DNA of 64,000 nucleotides, from assembly GCA_963695875.1 (NCBI GenBank), contig CAVOID010000008.1, positions 32,001 through 96,000 of the forward strand. The letters run 5' to 3'. The position numbers and the translations under genes are program-made. Below are positions 29,631 through 41,966 of this stretch, one piece after another; within the stretch, counting starts at the first letter, position 1, and each line of letters starts with the position of its first letter. The notes below the pieces were generated by a model. The model did no database searches and was not told where the DNA came from. It saw only the letters and a list, made by a program, of their open reading frames with translations. The DNA comes from an uncultured delta proteobacterium. GTDB lineage: Bacteria; Desulfobacterota; Syntrophia; Syntrophales; UBA2185.

Positions 29631-30995
29631 TCATTTTTTTCGCCGTACAAGTCGTTTACGCACCACCTTTACTCGTTTCGGACTAAGGCTCTGACGGTGC
29701 TGGCATGTCGCTCGGGGGCATTTCAGAATTATCTGCCCGGACGTATCTGTTACTTCTACTAAAAAGGGGTTTTTGCATCGGTTGCACTCTAAGAGGTGCG
29801 GCTTACCCCAGCTTATAAAGTTACAGTCGTTAGAGGGACATGAATAATATATTTTGCTGGCTGCCGTTGATTGTTCTTTCAGCACATTTTCCCTGCATAT
29901 CGGGCAAGTAAGCGCCAAGTCTTTCTCAAAGGCTGCGATCCTATTTGCGATATCATCGTCCTGCGTGCCCTCTTCTTCACCTGTTTCATCGATAAGCTCT
30001 TGATCTTCTCCGTCTGTGATCGGCGTTGCCTTCACTTGATCTACCGCAGCATCGTGAGAGACTGGATGTGCTTTTTCATTGGTTAATGGCGCCGATCCTT
30101 CGACCCCATCTATATAAAGCCCTCCTATGACAATTTTCGCCTGAATCTCCTGGTAAACTTCTTGGGCCTTTACATCCTGTACGGGAGAATGTTCGACTAC
30201 ATTGGGAGACTCGACCGAAGCTCCCTCTTTTTCTACTTCTGTATTGTGGATAATTTCAGGAGACATCTCTTCTTTTGGGGGAATTTTATCAACCTCAAGA
30301 GTTTTCAGGATACTGCCGCCTGCCAGGATCTTATGATTGCTCCGAAAAGAAGGCACGGTAGTGGGCTCCTGCCGAGTCTTGGAACGACTGTATAATTCCG
30401 CTAAAATCTGCTCACGGCTTAATTGACTTTTTTGTTGATCGTTGGCAGACGCCTGTGATGTTTCGATGCCCTTTGAAGGAGACGTATGGGGGGATTTCTG
30501 TCTTGAGACTGGAACTCCATGATGTTTTAAGGTCTGGTCAAATCGAGAAATTGCCGCATCCATGTCAGTGCGTCCGGTCACCGCTTCTTCAATGGTCTGT
30601 CCTATATAAGCGAGGAAATTGATCCCGGGCATTTTGGGGAAGATGCGGTCCAACAGGCGGGCCATTATAATGGTGGATTGCCGTGTAAAGAATCTGCCCT
30701 CAGAGTCAACTTCGGCATATCCCCTCTGAATCATATTCTGAAGCCAGGTTCTTAAATAATCATCAGGATGAATGCCCACATCAGCAGCTTCATGAAGAAA
30801 TGTATCATGAGTGTATCGCTCGATGGCTTCTGAAGGGGAGTTCTCGATCTCAATTTCTCGTCCGCCAAGGAGTACAAAACATCCTATTGTCGCGATATTC
30901 AAGGGAAGTCCCCCGATTCCCTGTTTTGTCCCTATCAGACGTTCGAAATGCCGGCCAAGGATTTCGTCAAATTGAGACCTTAACGAGTCTTTCAT
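29631..30995 (-). CDS. Hypothetical protein: folded N-terminal domain, disordered linker, C-terminal TopA-like C4 zinc ribbons and basic tail
   Basis: CPIC...YYSCPSNDCNFISWGKP...CNRC...CPRATC; tail KRVKVVRKRLVRRKK; GAGG RBS. Confidence 0.75.
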   Translation of the reverse strand: MKDSLRSQFDEILGRHFERLIGTKQGIGGLPLNIATIGCFVLLGGREIEIENSPSEAIERYTHDTFLHEAADVGIHPDDYLRTWLQNMIQRGYAEVDSEGRFFTRQSTIIMARLLDRIFPKMPGINFLAYIGQTIEEAVTGRTDMDAAISRFDQTLKHHGVPVSRQKSPHTSPSKGIETSQASANDQQKSQLSREQILAELYSRSKTRQEPTTVPSFRSNHKILAGGSILKTLEVDKIPPKEEMSPEIIHNTEVEKEGASVESPNVVEHSPVQDVKAQEVYQEIQAKIVIGGLYIDGVEGSAPLTNEKAHPVSHDAAVDQVKATPITDGEDQELIDETGEEEGTQDDDIANRIAAFEKDLALTCPICRENVLKEQSTAASKIYYSCPSNDCNFISWGKPHLLECNRCKNPFLVEVTDTSGQIILKCPRATCQHRQSLSPKRVKVVRKRLVRRKK

Positions 30996-31306
30996 ATGAC
31001 TACCTCATTACCAATTATTAAATATATGTATTATAAGAGCATTAAGATACTCATTATTTATATCGACAACTTTTTAGAAAAACAAAAATCTTATTATTAT
31101 TTTTATAAATATGGTTGATGGACTATCTCAATAATACTGCTTTGGATTAAAGAAAATGCTGTAATGATCGATATATATTTCATTAAGTACATCATTTCAT
31201 ATTTATGCATACAGCACTGATAATTCGAGCAGCGATGAGCAAAGACATCTATTGATCGGGATGACTGGACTTATGACATGATGTAATATGGGAGCAGGAG
31301 ATTTCT

Positions 31307-33712
31307 GTGGCTGCTATAATAAAACTCATAGATATTGACGAAGCCATAACTAACCTTCACTTTAAGAACAAAGATACACTTAAGTACAAACTTATCCACA
31401 CAATAAGACTGTATTATGAAGATGAAGGCTCAGCCGAGTCTCTTCAGCACATTGACACTGAAGAGCTGGTTGAGGCACTTTGGTTTGCAGGCGATGATCC
31501 TGAGTTAATCAAAAGTAAGAAAAAAAACCTGAGCAGTGTCAAGTCAAGTATCAATGCTGATTTGAAGAGACTCTATAAGGAAGGTAAGAACCCTCAAGGA
31601 GTCATTATTGGACAGAATAATATTTTTGATATGTCCGATGAGGCTAAAGACAAGGCACTTGGGACAATCGCCGATGTTCTTAGAGAAAAAGGAACTGATA
31701 CAATAGCTAAAATAGCCGAAGTTTTGAAAGCGGTAAACGAAGTATTGTCTGATTCAGGTTCCTCTTTAAATATGCAAGGTGGATCAGAAACAATTGACCG
31801 CATGAAGGGCCTCATTCTTGACCTATCTCGTAAGATCGGATTTTCAATACCGGGTGATTCAGGTCCGGAACATACTGGTGTTTCTGAGTCGGCCATGTCC
31901 GGTAATAGTGTTGGTCAGTCTAGAGCAACTCGTGTTACGGGTTACGCGAGGGAAGAGAAAATAAACGAAGTAGCTACCGGAGGGACGTACACCTCAAGGG
32001 TTGTGGATGATAGAACACAGGGACAGGAATTATTAGACGAGATTGATTTGACCGTTAAAGATGATGGCGTAAATAATACAGTTGACGAAGCAGGCATTGA
32101 TGTATCTGAAGAATTAACGGATGAAATCGTTGATGGGGTGGAAGCTGATGTCTCTGGAGAGATAATAGAAGAGACGGTTTATGAGGCAGAGGCTGATCTT
32201 TCGGAACAAGTCGCAGACGAGATTGAGGAGGAAGCATTAATAGAGGAGATTAATCAAGGTATCGAAGATGAAATTATAGACGAAATAGTTGATCAGACAA
32301 AGGCAGACGGTGCGGCGCAAACGATAGATGAGATAGCAGAAGATGGATCAATAGATAAAACTGGTCCAGGTATAGGAGGGACCGAAGGAGATGGGGGACT
32401 CAGAGAAGTTGATGCGGTTGGGGAGATCCAGGATTATCAGCAGGAAGGTGAAATAGCAGACAAAACGGACTCCGTCGAAGTACTCAAGGAAGATGATGCT
32501 ATTGATGAAGTTATAGCGGTTGTGTCGGACGAACTTCCAGCGAATGAACCTCCTGTTGAAGGTGATTTGGAAGAGATGCGGACTGATTCCGCTCTCGAAG
32601 AAGTTGAAAGTCAAGAGATGCTTCAGGAGGAAAGTGCATCGGATGAGATTTTGGAAGACCGACCTTTTGGAGAAGCAGATTTGGAGGCTGAAGATCATCT
32701 TGACGAAGTTGAAAGTGAGGAGGTGTTTGAGGAAAAGGAGGAAATTGTAGATGAAGTTGTAGTGGAAGACCTTCGACAAAAGGTTGAACTTTTGGCTAAA
32801 CTTGCAGAAGCGGCAAGAGTTCTTGAAAAGCTGGGACCGGATCTCAGTGAAAGTATTTATTCCGAGAAAGAGATTAAAGAAAAGGCAAAGCTCTTATCTG
32901 AGGAATTTGACCGTGATCTTAGCGTCCGGGAAAGATTTTATAACCAGCACATTTTGATAAAAGGTGGACATTATATTACAGGCAGCAAAAATATCGCAAA
33001 AAATGAGCTTCCAGAACAAAGAGTTCATCTTCGGGATTTTTATATAGGGAAATTCCCTGTCACAAATGCCCTGTTTGAAGTCTTTGTAGACAAAACCGGT
33101 TACCGGACAACTGCGGAGAGACAAGGATATGGCTTCGTCTACACGCCCCGCTCACAGAGAACAAAAAACGTCATGACGGGGACCGAAGAGTTTATCTGGA
33201 ACAAGCATCTGCAATATAAAAAGGTGCAGGGAGCATTCTGGTATCAGCCAAACGGTCCGAATAGCTCACTTTATAATAAACGCAGACATCCGGTAGTACA
33301 AGTCAGCATGGATGATGCTCACGCCTTTGCGGCATGGACCGGCAAGAGAATTCCGACGGAGAATGAATGGGAAGCGGCTGCAAGGACCTCCCACGGATAT
33401 GTGTATCCATGGGGTAATCAGTGGAAGGATAATGCGTGTAATATCGAGAAAAGTTATTTCGGAGAAACAACGCCCGTAGACAAATACCTCGAATTCGCCG
33501 GTGAATCCGGAGTGGCCGACACTTTAGGCAACGTCCTCGAATGGACGCTTGACATTTGGGAAAGCCCGGAATCCGGAGAGAAGAATATTGACATATACGT
33601 TGTTAAAGGCGGCAGTTGGATTTCAAACAGTCTTATAAGTCTATTCGGTCGTTATCCGATGGACAGAAACACTTCATCAAACATCCAAGGCTTCAGATGT
33701 GTCGTGATTTGA
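31307..33712 (+). CDS. Protein with long acidic region and C-terminal FGE-sulfatase (SUMF1-like) domain
   Basis: FYIGKFPVTN, HPVVQVS, RIPTENEWEAAAR, YPWG, GNVLEW, KGGSW, GFRC; residues ~235-490 D/E-rich. Confidence 0.85.
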   Translation: MAAIIKLIDIDEAITNLHFKNKDTLKYKLIHTIRLYYEDEGSAESLQHIDTEELVEALWFAGDDPELIKSKKKNLSSVKSSINADLKRLYKEGKNPQGVIIGQNNIFDMSDEAKDKALGTIADVLREKGTDTIAKIAEVLKAVNEVLSDSGSSLNMQGGSETIDRMKGLILDLSRKIGFSIPGDSGPEHTGVSESAMSGNSVGQSRATRVTGYAREEKINEVATGGTYTSRVVDDRTQGQELLDEIDLTVKDDGVNNTVDEAGIDVSEELTDEIVDGVEADVSGEIIEETVYEAEADLSEQVADEIEEEALIEEINQGIEDEIIDEIVDQTKADGAAQTIDEIAEDGSIDKTGPGIGGTEGDGGLREVDAVGEIQDYQQEGEIADKTDSVEVLKEDDAIDEVIAVVSDELPANEPPVEGDLEEMRTDSALEEVESQEMLQEESASDEILEDRPFGEADLEAEDHLDEVESEEVFEEKEEIVDEVVVEDLRQKVELLAKLAEAARVLEKLGPDLSESIYSEKEIKEKAKLLSEEFDRDLSVRERFYNQHILIKGGHYITGSKNIAKNELPEQRVHLRDFYIGKFPVTNALFEVFVDKTGYRTTAERQGYGFVYTPRSQRTKNVMTGTEEFIWNKHLQYKKVQGAFWYQPNGPNSSLYNKRRHPVVQVSMDDAHAFAAWTGKRIPTENEWEAAARTSHGYVYPWGNQWKDNACNIEKSYFGETTPVDKYLEFAGESGVADTLGNVLEWTLDIWESPESGEKNIDIYVVKGGSWISNSLISLFGRYPMDRNTSSNIQGFRCVVI

Positions 33713-33739
33713 TTTTTTTTGCGTGTATCTCGCGACCCT

Positions 33740-35536
33740 CTAGTCTGAGTCGGTCTTCAGGACAGCCAAGAAAGCGCTTTGCGGTATGCTGACCGATCCG
33801 ATCATCTTCATCCGCTTCTTTCCTTTCTTCTGTTTCTCCAATAGTTTCCGCTTTCGGGTAATATCGCCACCGTAACACTTTGCCGTTACATCCTTGCGGA
33901 ATGCTGAAATGGTGGTCCGCGCAACAATTTCCCCGCCTATTGCCGCTTGAATAGCGATTTTGAACATCTGGCGGGGGATCTCCTCTTTTAATCGCTCGCA
34001 GGCCTGGAGCCCTCTTGCGCGTGCCCGATCACGGTGGGTGATCTGTGAAAGGGCATCGACCTTCTCTCCGTTAACCAGGATATCCAGCAAGACGAGATTG
34101 CTTTCCCTATAGTCGATAACATCATAGTCAAAAGAACCGTACCCCTGGGTGATGGACTTGAAACGGTCATAATAATCGTATATTACCTCGGCCAGAGGCA
34201 TTTCGTAGATGAGTTCTATGCGGCCGGGACCGGTATAGTGTATGTTTGAGTTCACGCCTCGTTTTTCCATACAGAGTTTCATCACTGCGCCAAGGTACCT
34301 TTCCGGCAGAAGCATGGTGGCCCGGATATAGGGTTCTTCAGAGTTTGCAACGGTAATTAGATCGGGATAGTTGGCGGGATTGTCTACATAAAGCATTGCC
34401 CCATCTTTCAGAATAAACCGGTAGCGGACACTGGGAACAGAAAGAATTATGGATAGACCATATTCACGCTCAATTCTTTCCTGGACGATTTCAAGGTGCA
34501 GGAGCCCTAGAAAGCCGCACCGGAAACCCTGGCCTAAAGCTACGGAGGAATCTTTCTGATACACGAAAGATGAATCGTTGAGTTTGTATTTTTCGAGGGA
34601 AGTGGCAAGATCTTCATAATCGTCAGATGCAATTGGATAGATAGACGCAAAAACAACGGGCTTTACTTCCTTGAAACCGGGAAGCGGTTTTTCACAGGGC
34701 CTCTCATTCAAGGTGATCGTATCTCCGATATGGACATCCGAGATTGTCTTTAAGCCGGCGATGATATAGCCGACCTCACCGGATGAGAGTTTGTCGCGCT
34801 TCTCTCGGGAAAGGAGAAAGTGCCCGACCTCTTCAACTTTGTAATTGGCGTTGTTGGACATGAAACGGATTATATCACCGCTTTTGACGTCTCCGTCAAA
34901 AACACGACAGTTTATGACCGTTCCGCGAAAAAGGTCATACTTGGCGTCGAAGATAAGTGCAGACAGAGGCGCCTGTGGATTGCCTGACGGAGGAGGAATC
35001 CTCTCCACAATTGCTTCTAGAATATCTTCAATTCCTGTACCTTCTTTGGCGGAGCATTTCAGGTGAATGTCAGGATCCAGCCCCAGTTCTTCTTCTATCT
35101 GCTCGATAACCTGTTCAATATTTGCGGACGGAAGGTCAATCTTGTTGATAATGGGGATGATAGTGAGGTCATGTTCCATGGCAAGGTAAAGATTGGCGAC
35201 AGTCTGGGCCTGTACACCCTGGGCAGCATCGATAAGGAGAAGAACACCCTCGCAGGAAGCCAGGGAACGGGAGACTTCATAGGAAAAGTCAACATGCCCC
35301 GGCGTATCTATGAGATTAAGGCTGTATGTCTTTCCGTCTCTCGCCCGGTATGGCAGAGAAATAGCCTGGCTCTTGATCGTTATCCCCCGCTCCCGTTCAA
35401 TATCCATCGTATCCAGGATCTGGTTTTTGAAGGTGCGTTCATCGGACACACCGGTATACTGGATAAGTCGGTCGGCAAGGGTCGACTTACCGTGGTCAAT
35501 GTGGGCAATGATGCTGAAATTCCGAATGTTACTCAT
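33740..35536 (-). CDS. lepA: Translation elongation factor 4
   Basis: IRNFSIIAHIDHGKSTLADR, RGITIK, DTPGHVDF, GFRCGFLGLLH, KCYGGDITRKRKLLEKQK. Confidence 0.97.
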   Translation of the reverse strand: MSNIRNFSIIAHIDHGKSTLADRLIQYTGVSDERTFKNQILDTMDIERERGITIKSQAISLPYRARDGKTYSLNLIDTPGHVDFSYEVSRSLASCEGVLLLIDAAQGVQAQTVANLYLAMEHDLTIIPIINKIDLPSANIEQVIEQIEEELGLDPDIHLKCSAKEGTGIEDILEAIVERIPPPSGNPQAPLSALIFDAKYDLFRGTVINCRVFDGDVKSGDIIRFMSNNANYKVEEVGHFLLSREKRDKLSSGEVGYIIAGLKTISDVHIGDTITLNERPCEKPLPGFKEVKPVVFASIYPIASDDYEDLATSLEKYKLNDSSFVYQKDSSVALGQGFRCGFLGLLHLEIVQERIEREYGLSIILSVPSVRYRFILKDGAMLYVDNPANYPDLITVANSEEPYIRATMLLPERYLGAVMKLCMEKRGVNSNIHYTGPGRIELIYEMPLAEVIYDYYDRFKSITQGYGSFDYDVIDYRESNLVLLDILVNGEKVDALSQITHRDRARARGLQACERLKEEIPRQMFKIAIQAAIGGEIVARTTISAFRKDVTAKCYGGDITRKRKLLEKQKKGKKRMKMIGSVSIPQSAFLAVLKTDSD

Positions 35537-35607
35537 AAATTTAAAGTCAAAAAAGCCTTCCGGTTGCATACTAGGAAGGCTTCTTGAGTATTTATTACGG
35601 CCGCTGT

Positions 35608-36282
35608 CTATGTCAGCAATTCCAGAAGATTTTTGGAGACCACTTTGACGCCGGGGCGAGAATCCACCTGAATGACTTTTACTCTTTCTTTGAAGTAATT
35701 AACGGCAGCCTGCGTACCTTTTTTTGTATCAAAGTAGATGCTGTGTCTTTTATCAATGGCCACTTCATCCTGGTCATCAGCACGGGTTAAGAGGCCCTCG
35801 CGGCCGCATACCCGGCAAAACAGCTTACCATCCTTCTCTACCGGCAGGTTTTCTTTAACATAAATATTGTTTGGGTGGTTGTTGTCAGTGGGGCACAACC
35901 GCCTTCCCATGATGCGCCTCTTGCAAGTTTCCCTGTCGATTTCAAGCTCAATAACATAATCCAACTTGATTTTTTCCTTTTGCAGGGCGTTCCAGAAGGC
36001 CTCTGCCTGTGTTATATTCCGCGGGAAACCATCCAGCAGCCATCCGTTTTTGCAGTCATCTTCCTGTAGACGTTTAAGGATCATCGGAATAGTAATATCG
36101 TCGGGAACCAGTTCGCCCCGGTCGATAAAGGACTTTGCCTGTTTCCCCAGCTCTGTTCCTTTCGCTATGTTTTCCCTGAAAATTACCCCTGTTTCTACCT
36201 GAGGTATCCTGAACTTTTCAGTCACAATCGCCCCAAAAGTCCCTTTACCGCTGCCGTTCGGCCCAAACATAATAATATTCAT
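35608..36282 (-). CDS. adk: Adenylate kinase with C-X5-H...CXXC metal-binding LID
   Basis: GPNGSGKGT, GELVPD, LDGFPR, CPTDNNHPN...CRVC, RADD. Confidence 0.95.
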   Translation of the reverse strand: MNIIMFGPNGSGKGTFGAIVTEKFRIPQVETGVIFRENIAKGTELGKQAKSFIDRGELVPDDITIPMILKRLQEDDCKNGWLLDGFPRNITQAEAFWNALQKEKIKLDYVIELEIDRETCKRRIMGRRLCPTDNNHPNNIYVKENLPVEKDGKLFCRVCGREGLLTRADDQDEVAIDKRHSIYFDTKKGTQAAVNYFKERVKVIQVDSRPGVKVVSKNLLELLT

Positions 36283-36404
36283 TGTATTCGACTCTCTCTC
36301 AAAAAAAGGATTTTTTATATGGCTCTCTATAATAGATTGATGTGATTTTTACAATGAAAAATATTGCTGATTTTTACATTGAAGCGGCGGCCTGTCACGC
36401 GCAA

Positions 36405-36620
36405 TCAATGGGAACCGCATGAGCCGCACGATGTAGCGGCGCAGGATGAACAGCCTGCTGATGATGTATTTCCGATCTTTCCGCCGAATATCGACATCAA
36501 CTTCTCTGTCTTTTTTGACTTGCACGCAGGGCAGGATACTGCAATGCTTTCACTGCTGGATCTGAATAAAATCTCAAAGATGTTGCTGCATTTTTTGCAC
36601 TTAAATTCGTAAATAGGCAT
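36405..36620 (-). CDS. FmdB-family zinc-ribbon protein
   Basis: MPIYEFKCKKC...FE...CPAC.S; Cys-rich tail. Confidence 0.88.
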   Translation of the reverse strand: MPIYEFKCKKCSNIFEILFRSSSESIAVSCPACKSKKTEKLMSIFGGKIGNTSSAGCSSCAATSCGSCGSH

Positions 36621-36647
36621 ATTCCCCTCGCACCCGTCTCTACTTAA

Positions 36648-36676
36648 ATTCTAGACACTGGGTGCCTAAATGTCAA
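36648..36676 (-). promoter_or_regulatory. sigma70-type promoter for the zinc-ribbon gene
   Basis: Minus strand TTGACA-17 nt-TAGAAT, 27 nt upstream of the ATG. Confidence 0.65.
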
Positions 36677-36776
36677 GGGCATTCAGACAGCTCTAGGGTT
36701 GTCATATTGACGTAACCGGCATGCTGTGTTAATGAATCATGAAAACGCTGCAAACGCCTGCGTTGAGGAGTTTCCT

Positions 36777-37962
36777 ATGGCCGTTTCCAAAAAAGTTCGC
36801 GGATTGATTTCTCAGTCCTCGTGGATCAGGAAGATGTTTGAGGAAGGCAGCCTCTTGAAGAAGCAATACGGGGCAGAGAATGTTTTCGATTTCAGCATCG
36901 GTAATCCGAGTGTCGAGCCACCGCTTGAATTCAAGAAAGCACTACGGCAGGTTGCGGGTGATGATATTCCCGGTGTTCATGGATATATGTCTAATGCCGG
37001 ATACCCTGAGACGAGAGAGGTCGTTGCCGCATATCTCAGTCAGGAGCATGGCGTGCCGCTGGGTGCTGATCATGTGATTATGACCTGTGGCGCTGCCGGA
37101 GCTCTGAATGTCATATGTAAAGTGACTTCTTGAACCGGGTGATGAGGTTCTTATCCCTACGCCATGTTTCATGGAATACAGATTTTATGTCGATAACGCG
37201 GACGGCGTTGCCACATTCGTGAAGTCAAATGCCGATTTTTCTCTTGATTTCGGTGCGATACGGGATGCCATTACGGAAAGGACAAAGATAGTCCTCATCA
37301 ATTCTCCCAATAATCCGACAGGGAAGGTGTATGACGTAGCATCTATACGGAGGCTCTCTAAACTATTGGAGGATGGGAGCAGGAAATATGGAAGGGATAT
37401 TTACCTCGTTTCAGATGAACCGTACAGAGAGATTGTCTATGACGGCGTAACGGTGCCGAGCATCCTCGCGGCTTATAAAAACAGCATGATTGCCTCTTCC
37501 TATTCGAAGAGTCTATCCCTCGCTGGCGAGCGGATTGGCTATCTGGCTGTCAATCCTGCAGTGTCCGATATCGAAGAGGTTATGAGCGGACTCGTTCTCT
37601 ACAATAGAACTCTTGGTTTTGTTAATGCTCCCGCCTTGATGCAGAGGGTGATTGCAAAAATACAAGGTGTGACGGTTGATGTGGGTCAGTACAGAAAAAA
37701 GAGAGAGCTCCTATGCGACGGCCTTTCATCCATCGGTTATGAATTCACAAAGCCCGATGGGACCTTCTACCTCTTTTCCAGGACCCCAATTGAAGATGAT
37801 ATCGGATTTGTCAGGGCGCTCACGAAGAGAAAAATTCTTACCGTTCCCGGTACAGGCTTCGGATGGCCGGGGTATTTCCGGATCGCATTTTGCGTGGATG
37901 ATGCGACTATTATTGATTCAATGAAGGGTTTTGAGGAGACGTTTAAGGAATATCGTCAGTAG
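36777..37962 (+). CDS. PLP-dependent class I (aspartate) aminotransferase (frameshift near 37125)
   Basis: SWIRKMFEEG, FSIGNP, NSPNNPTG, SDEPY, SYSKSLSLAGERIGY. Confidence 0.92.
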
Positions 37963-38237
37963 GTGATGCGGAAATCCCGGAATTCACCGGTGTAGGTCTC
38001 TTCGGCAGCATCAACTTTGGTGACGATCGCATGCGGCGGGCCTTTCTTGCACCATTCCAGCATTGTCTGAACATTTGTATCTTCACCTTCAAAGACAGCC
38101 TCGACACTGCCGTCGTGGAGATTCCTGACCCAGCCGGTCAGCTTTAGAGCCATGGCAGTCTCCCTGGTATGTGCCCGGAAAAAAACACCCTGGACCCTGC
38201 CGGAGATGATAACGCGCATTCGCTTCATTGTTGTCAT
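37956..38237 (-). CDS. acyP: Acylphosphatase
   Basis: GRVQGVFFR, GWVRNLHDGSVE, GPP. Confidence 0.95.
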   Translation of the reverse strand: MTTMKRMRVIISGRVQGVFFRAHTRETAMALKLTGWVRNLHDGSVEAVFEGEDTNVQTMLEWCKKGPPHAIVTKVDAAEETYTGEFRDFRITY

Positions 38238-38340
38238 TACCTATCGAATCTCTCGATAGAACGGCCCTGCCTGCGGTTAATTGTAATAGAACACTTCAAC
38301 AGTGGACTTCGTGTTCTTCACAATTATTTGAAGGCAGCCG

Positions 38341-38697
38341 TTATGAGACAATTTCTACTCCTGTTTTGAGAGCATGCTCTATCTCTTCTTTGAGCCTTTT
38401 CTCCTTTTTTTGCGCTTCTTCTGTCTCTTTTTTGAGGATATTATAGGAAGATATTATCTCTCTGTATCCGCTTTTCTTGACCAAATCATGCACTAGTTCA
38501 AGTGTTTCCCGGTCAGTCTTATCAAGAAGCAATGATGGGTCTCCATCAAGAAGTCCGATCTTATGTTTGCAGAGTTTTCCAAATATGCCAGCCTGACAGT
38601 TGCAGAACACTGTAAATTGATTGTCTGAAAATATAAATTGAATATTGTAAGGTTCTCCAGAACTACTTGTTACCTTAAAAGTGATTTTTGTATCCAT
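38341..38697 (-). CDS. SWIM zinc-finger protein
   Basis: SSSGEPY...CNCQAG...LCKH SWIM motif; starts 2 nt after the ligA stop. Confidence 0.8.
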   Translation of the reverse strand: MDTKITFKVTSSSGEPYNIQFIFSDNQFTVFCNCQAGIFGKLCKHKIGLLDGDPSLLLDKTDRETLELVHDLVKKSGYREIISSYNILKKETEEAQKKEKRLKEEIEHALKTGVEIVS

Positions 38698-38699
38698 TG

Positions 38700-41337
<2,638 letters not shown>

Positions 41338-41457
41338 GGGTTTCGGTTCCTTTCTTTCGACTTCATATAAATAGTATAAAAAATGAGTGGATAAAGTCAA
41401 ACTAAAAGCACAGGTTCTCCTATTCACGGAACTGGGGTGAAGATTTAGACTCCTTTT

Positions 41458-41736
41458 ATGGAATTGAACATAATTAGAAATCAACAAGGTAGCAAAAGTT
41501 TTCGGTTTAAAGAGATCAACAAAAAGTGCGGTAAAGTGTGTCGGTTCCGCCATAACGAGTGCCTCGAAGAAAAGAGAAAAAGTTGTCTTGGTAGGTTTCG
41601 GTACTTTCAGTACGGCAAAAAGAGCTGCCAGAAAGGCTGAGAATCCCTCGGACAGACGAGGGAATAAAAATCAAGGCAAAGAATTGTTCCTAAATTTGCT
41701 CCTGGAAACTCCTTAAAAGAGGCAGTTGAAGAATAA
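41458..41736 (+). pseudogene. hup: Degenerate HU (histone-like DNA-binding protein) gene
   Basis: Frame-switching translation gives KVVLVGFGTFSTAKRAARK...NP...IKIKAK..VPKFAPGNSLKEAVE; several frameshifts plus substitutions at conserved sites. Confidence 0.8.
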
Positions 41737-41966
41737 TCATTTTTCTATTGCGCCTTCTCCGTTTCTATTCAAGGAAAAGCGCTTCTTTTTATCACTTCAA
41801 AATATTATTAAAATATGATTCCCTCCCCCGCGATGGAGGAGGGAAGGGGGACTGACATTGACATTCCGCGGTTTCCCTCAGAACATGAACAATTAATAAA
41901 ACAGTAAAGTTTAACGGAAATACAATACTGGCTGATATCAAGAAATATGCGAGGCTAAAAATAGTA

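Noticed and set aside
32000..32780. Repetitive GAA/GAT-rich DNA as a possible array or CRISPR
   Set aside because: It is the low-complexity acidic coding region; no fixed-length repeat-spacer structure and no cas genes
35608..36282. Metal-binding C-X5-H...CXXC LID in adenylate kinase
   Set aside because: Already described for adenylate kinases of sulfate-reducing Desulfovibrio; not novel
41819..41846. TTCCCTCC...GGAGGGAA hairpin, loosely similar to the one at 359-398
   Set aside because: Both lie between convergent genes and are adequately explained as terminators or generic REP-like hairpins; similarity is too short to call a family
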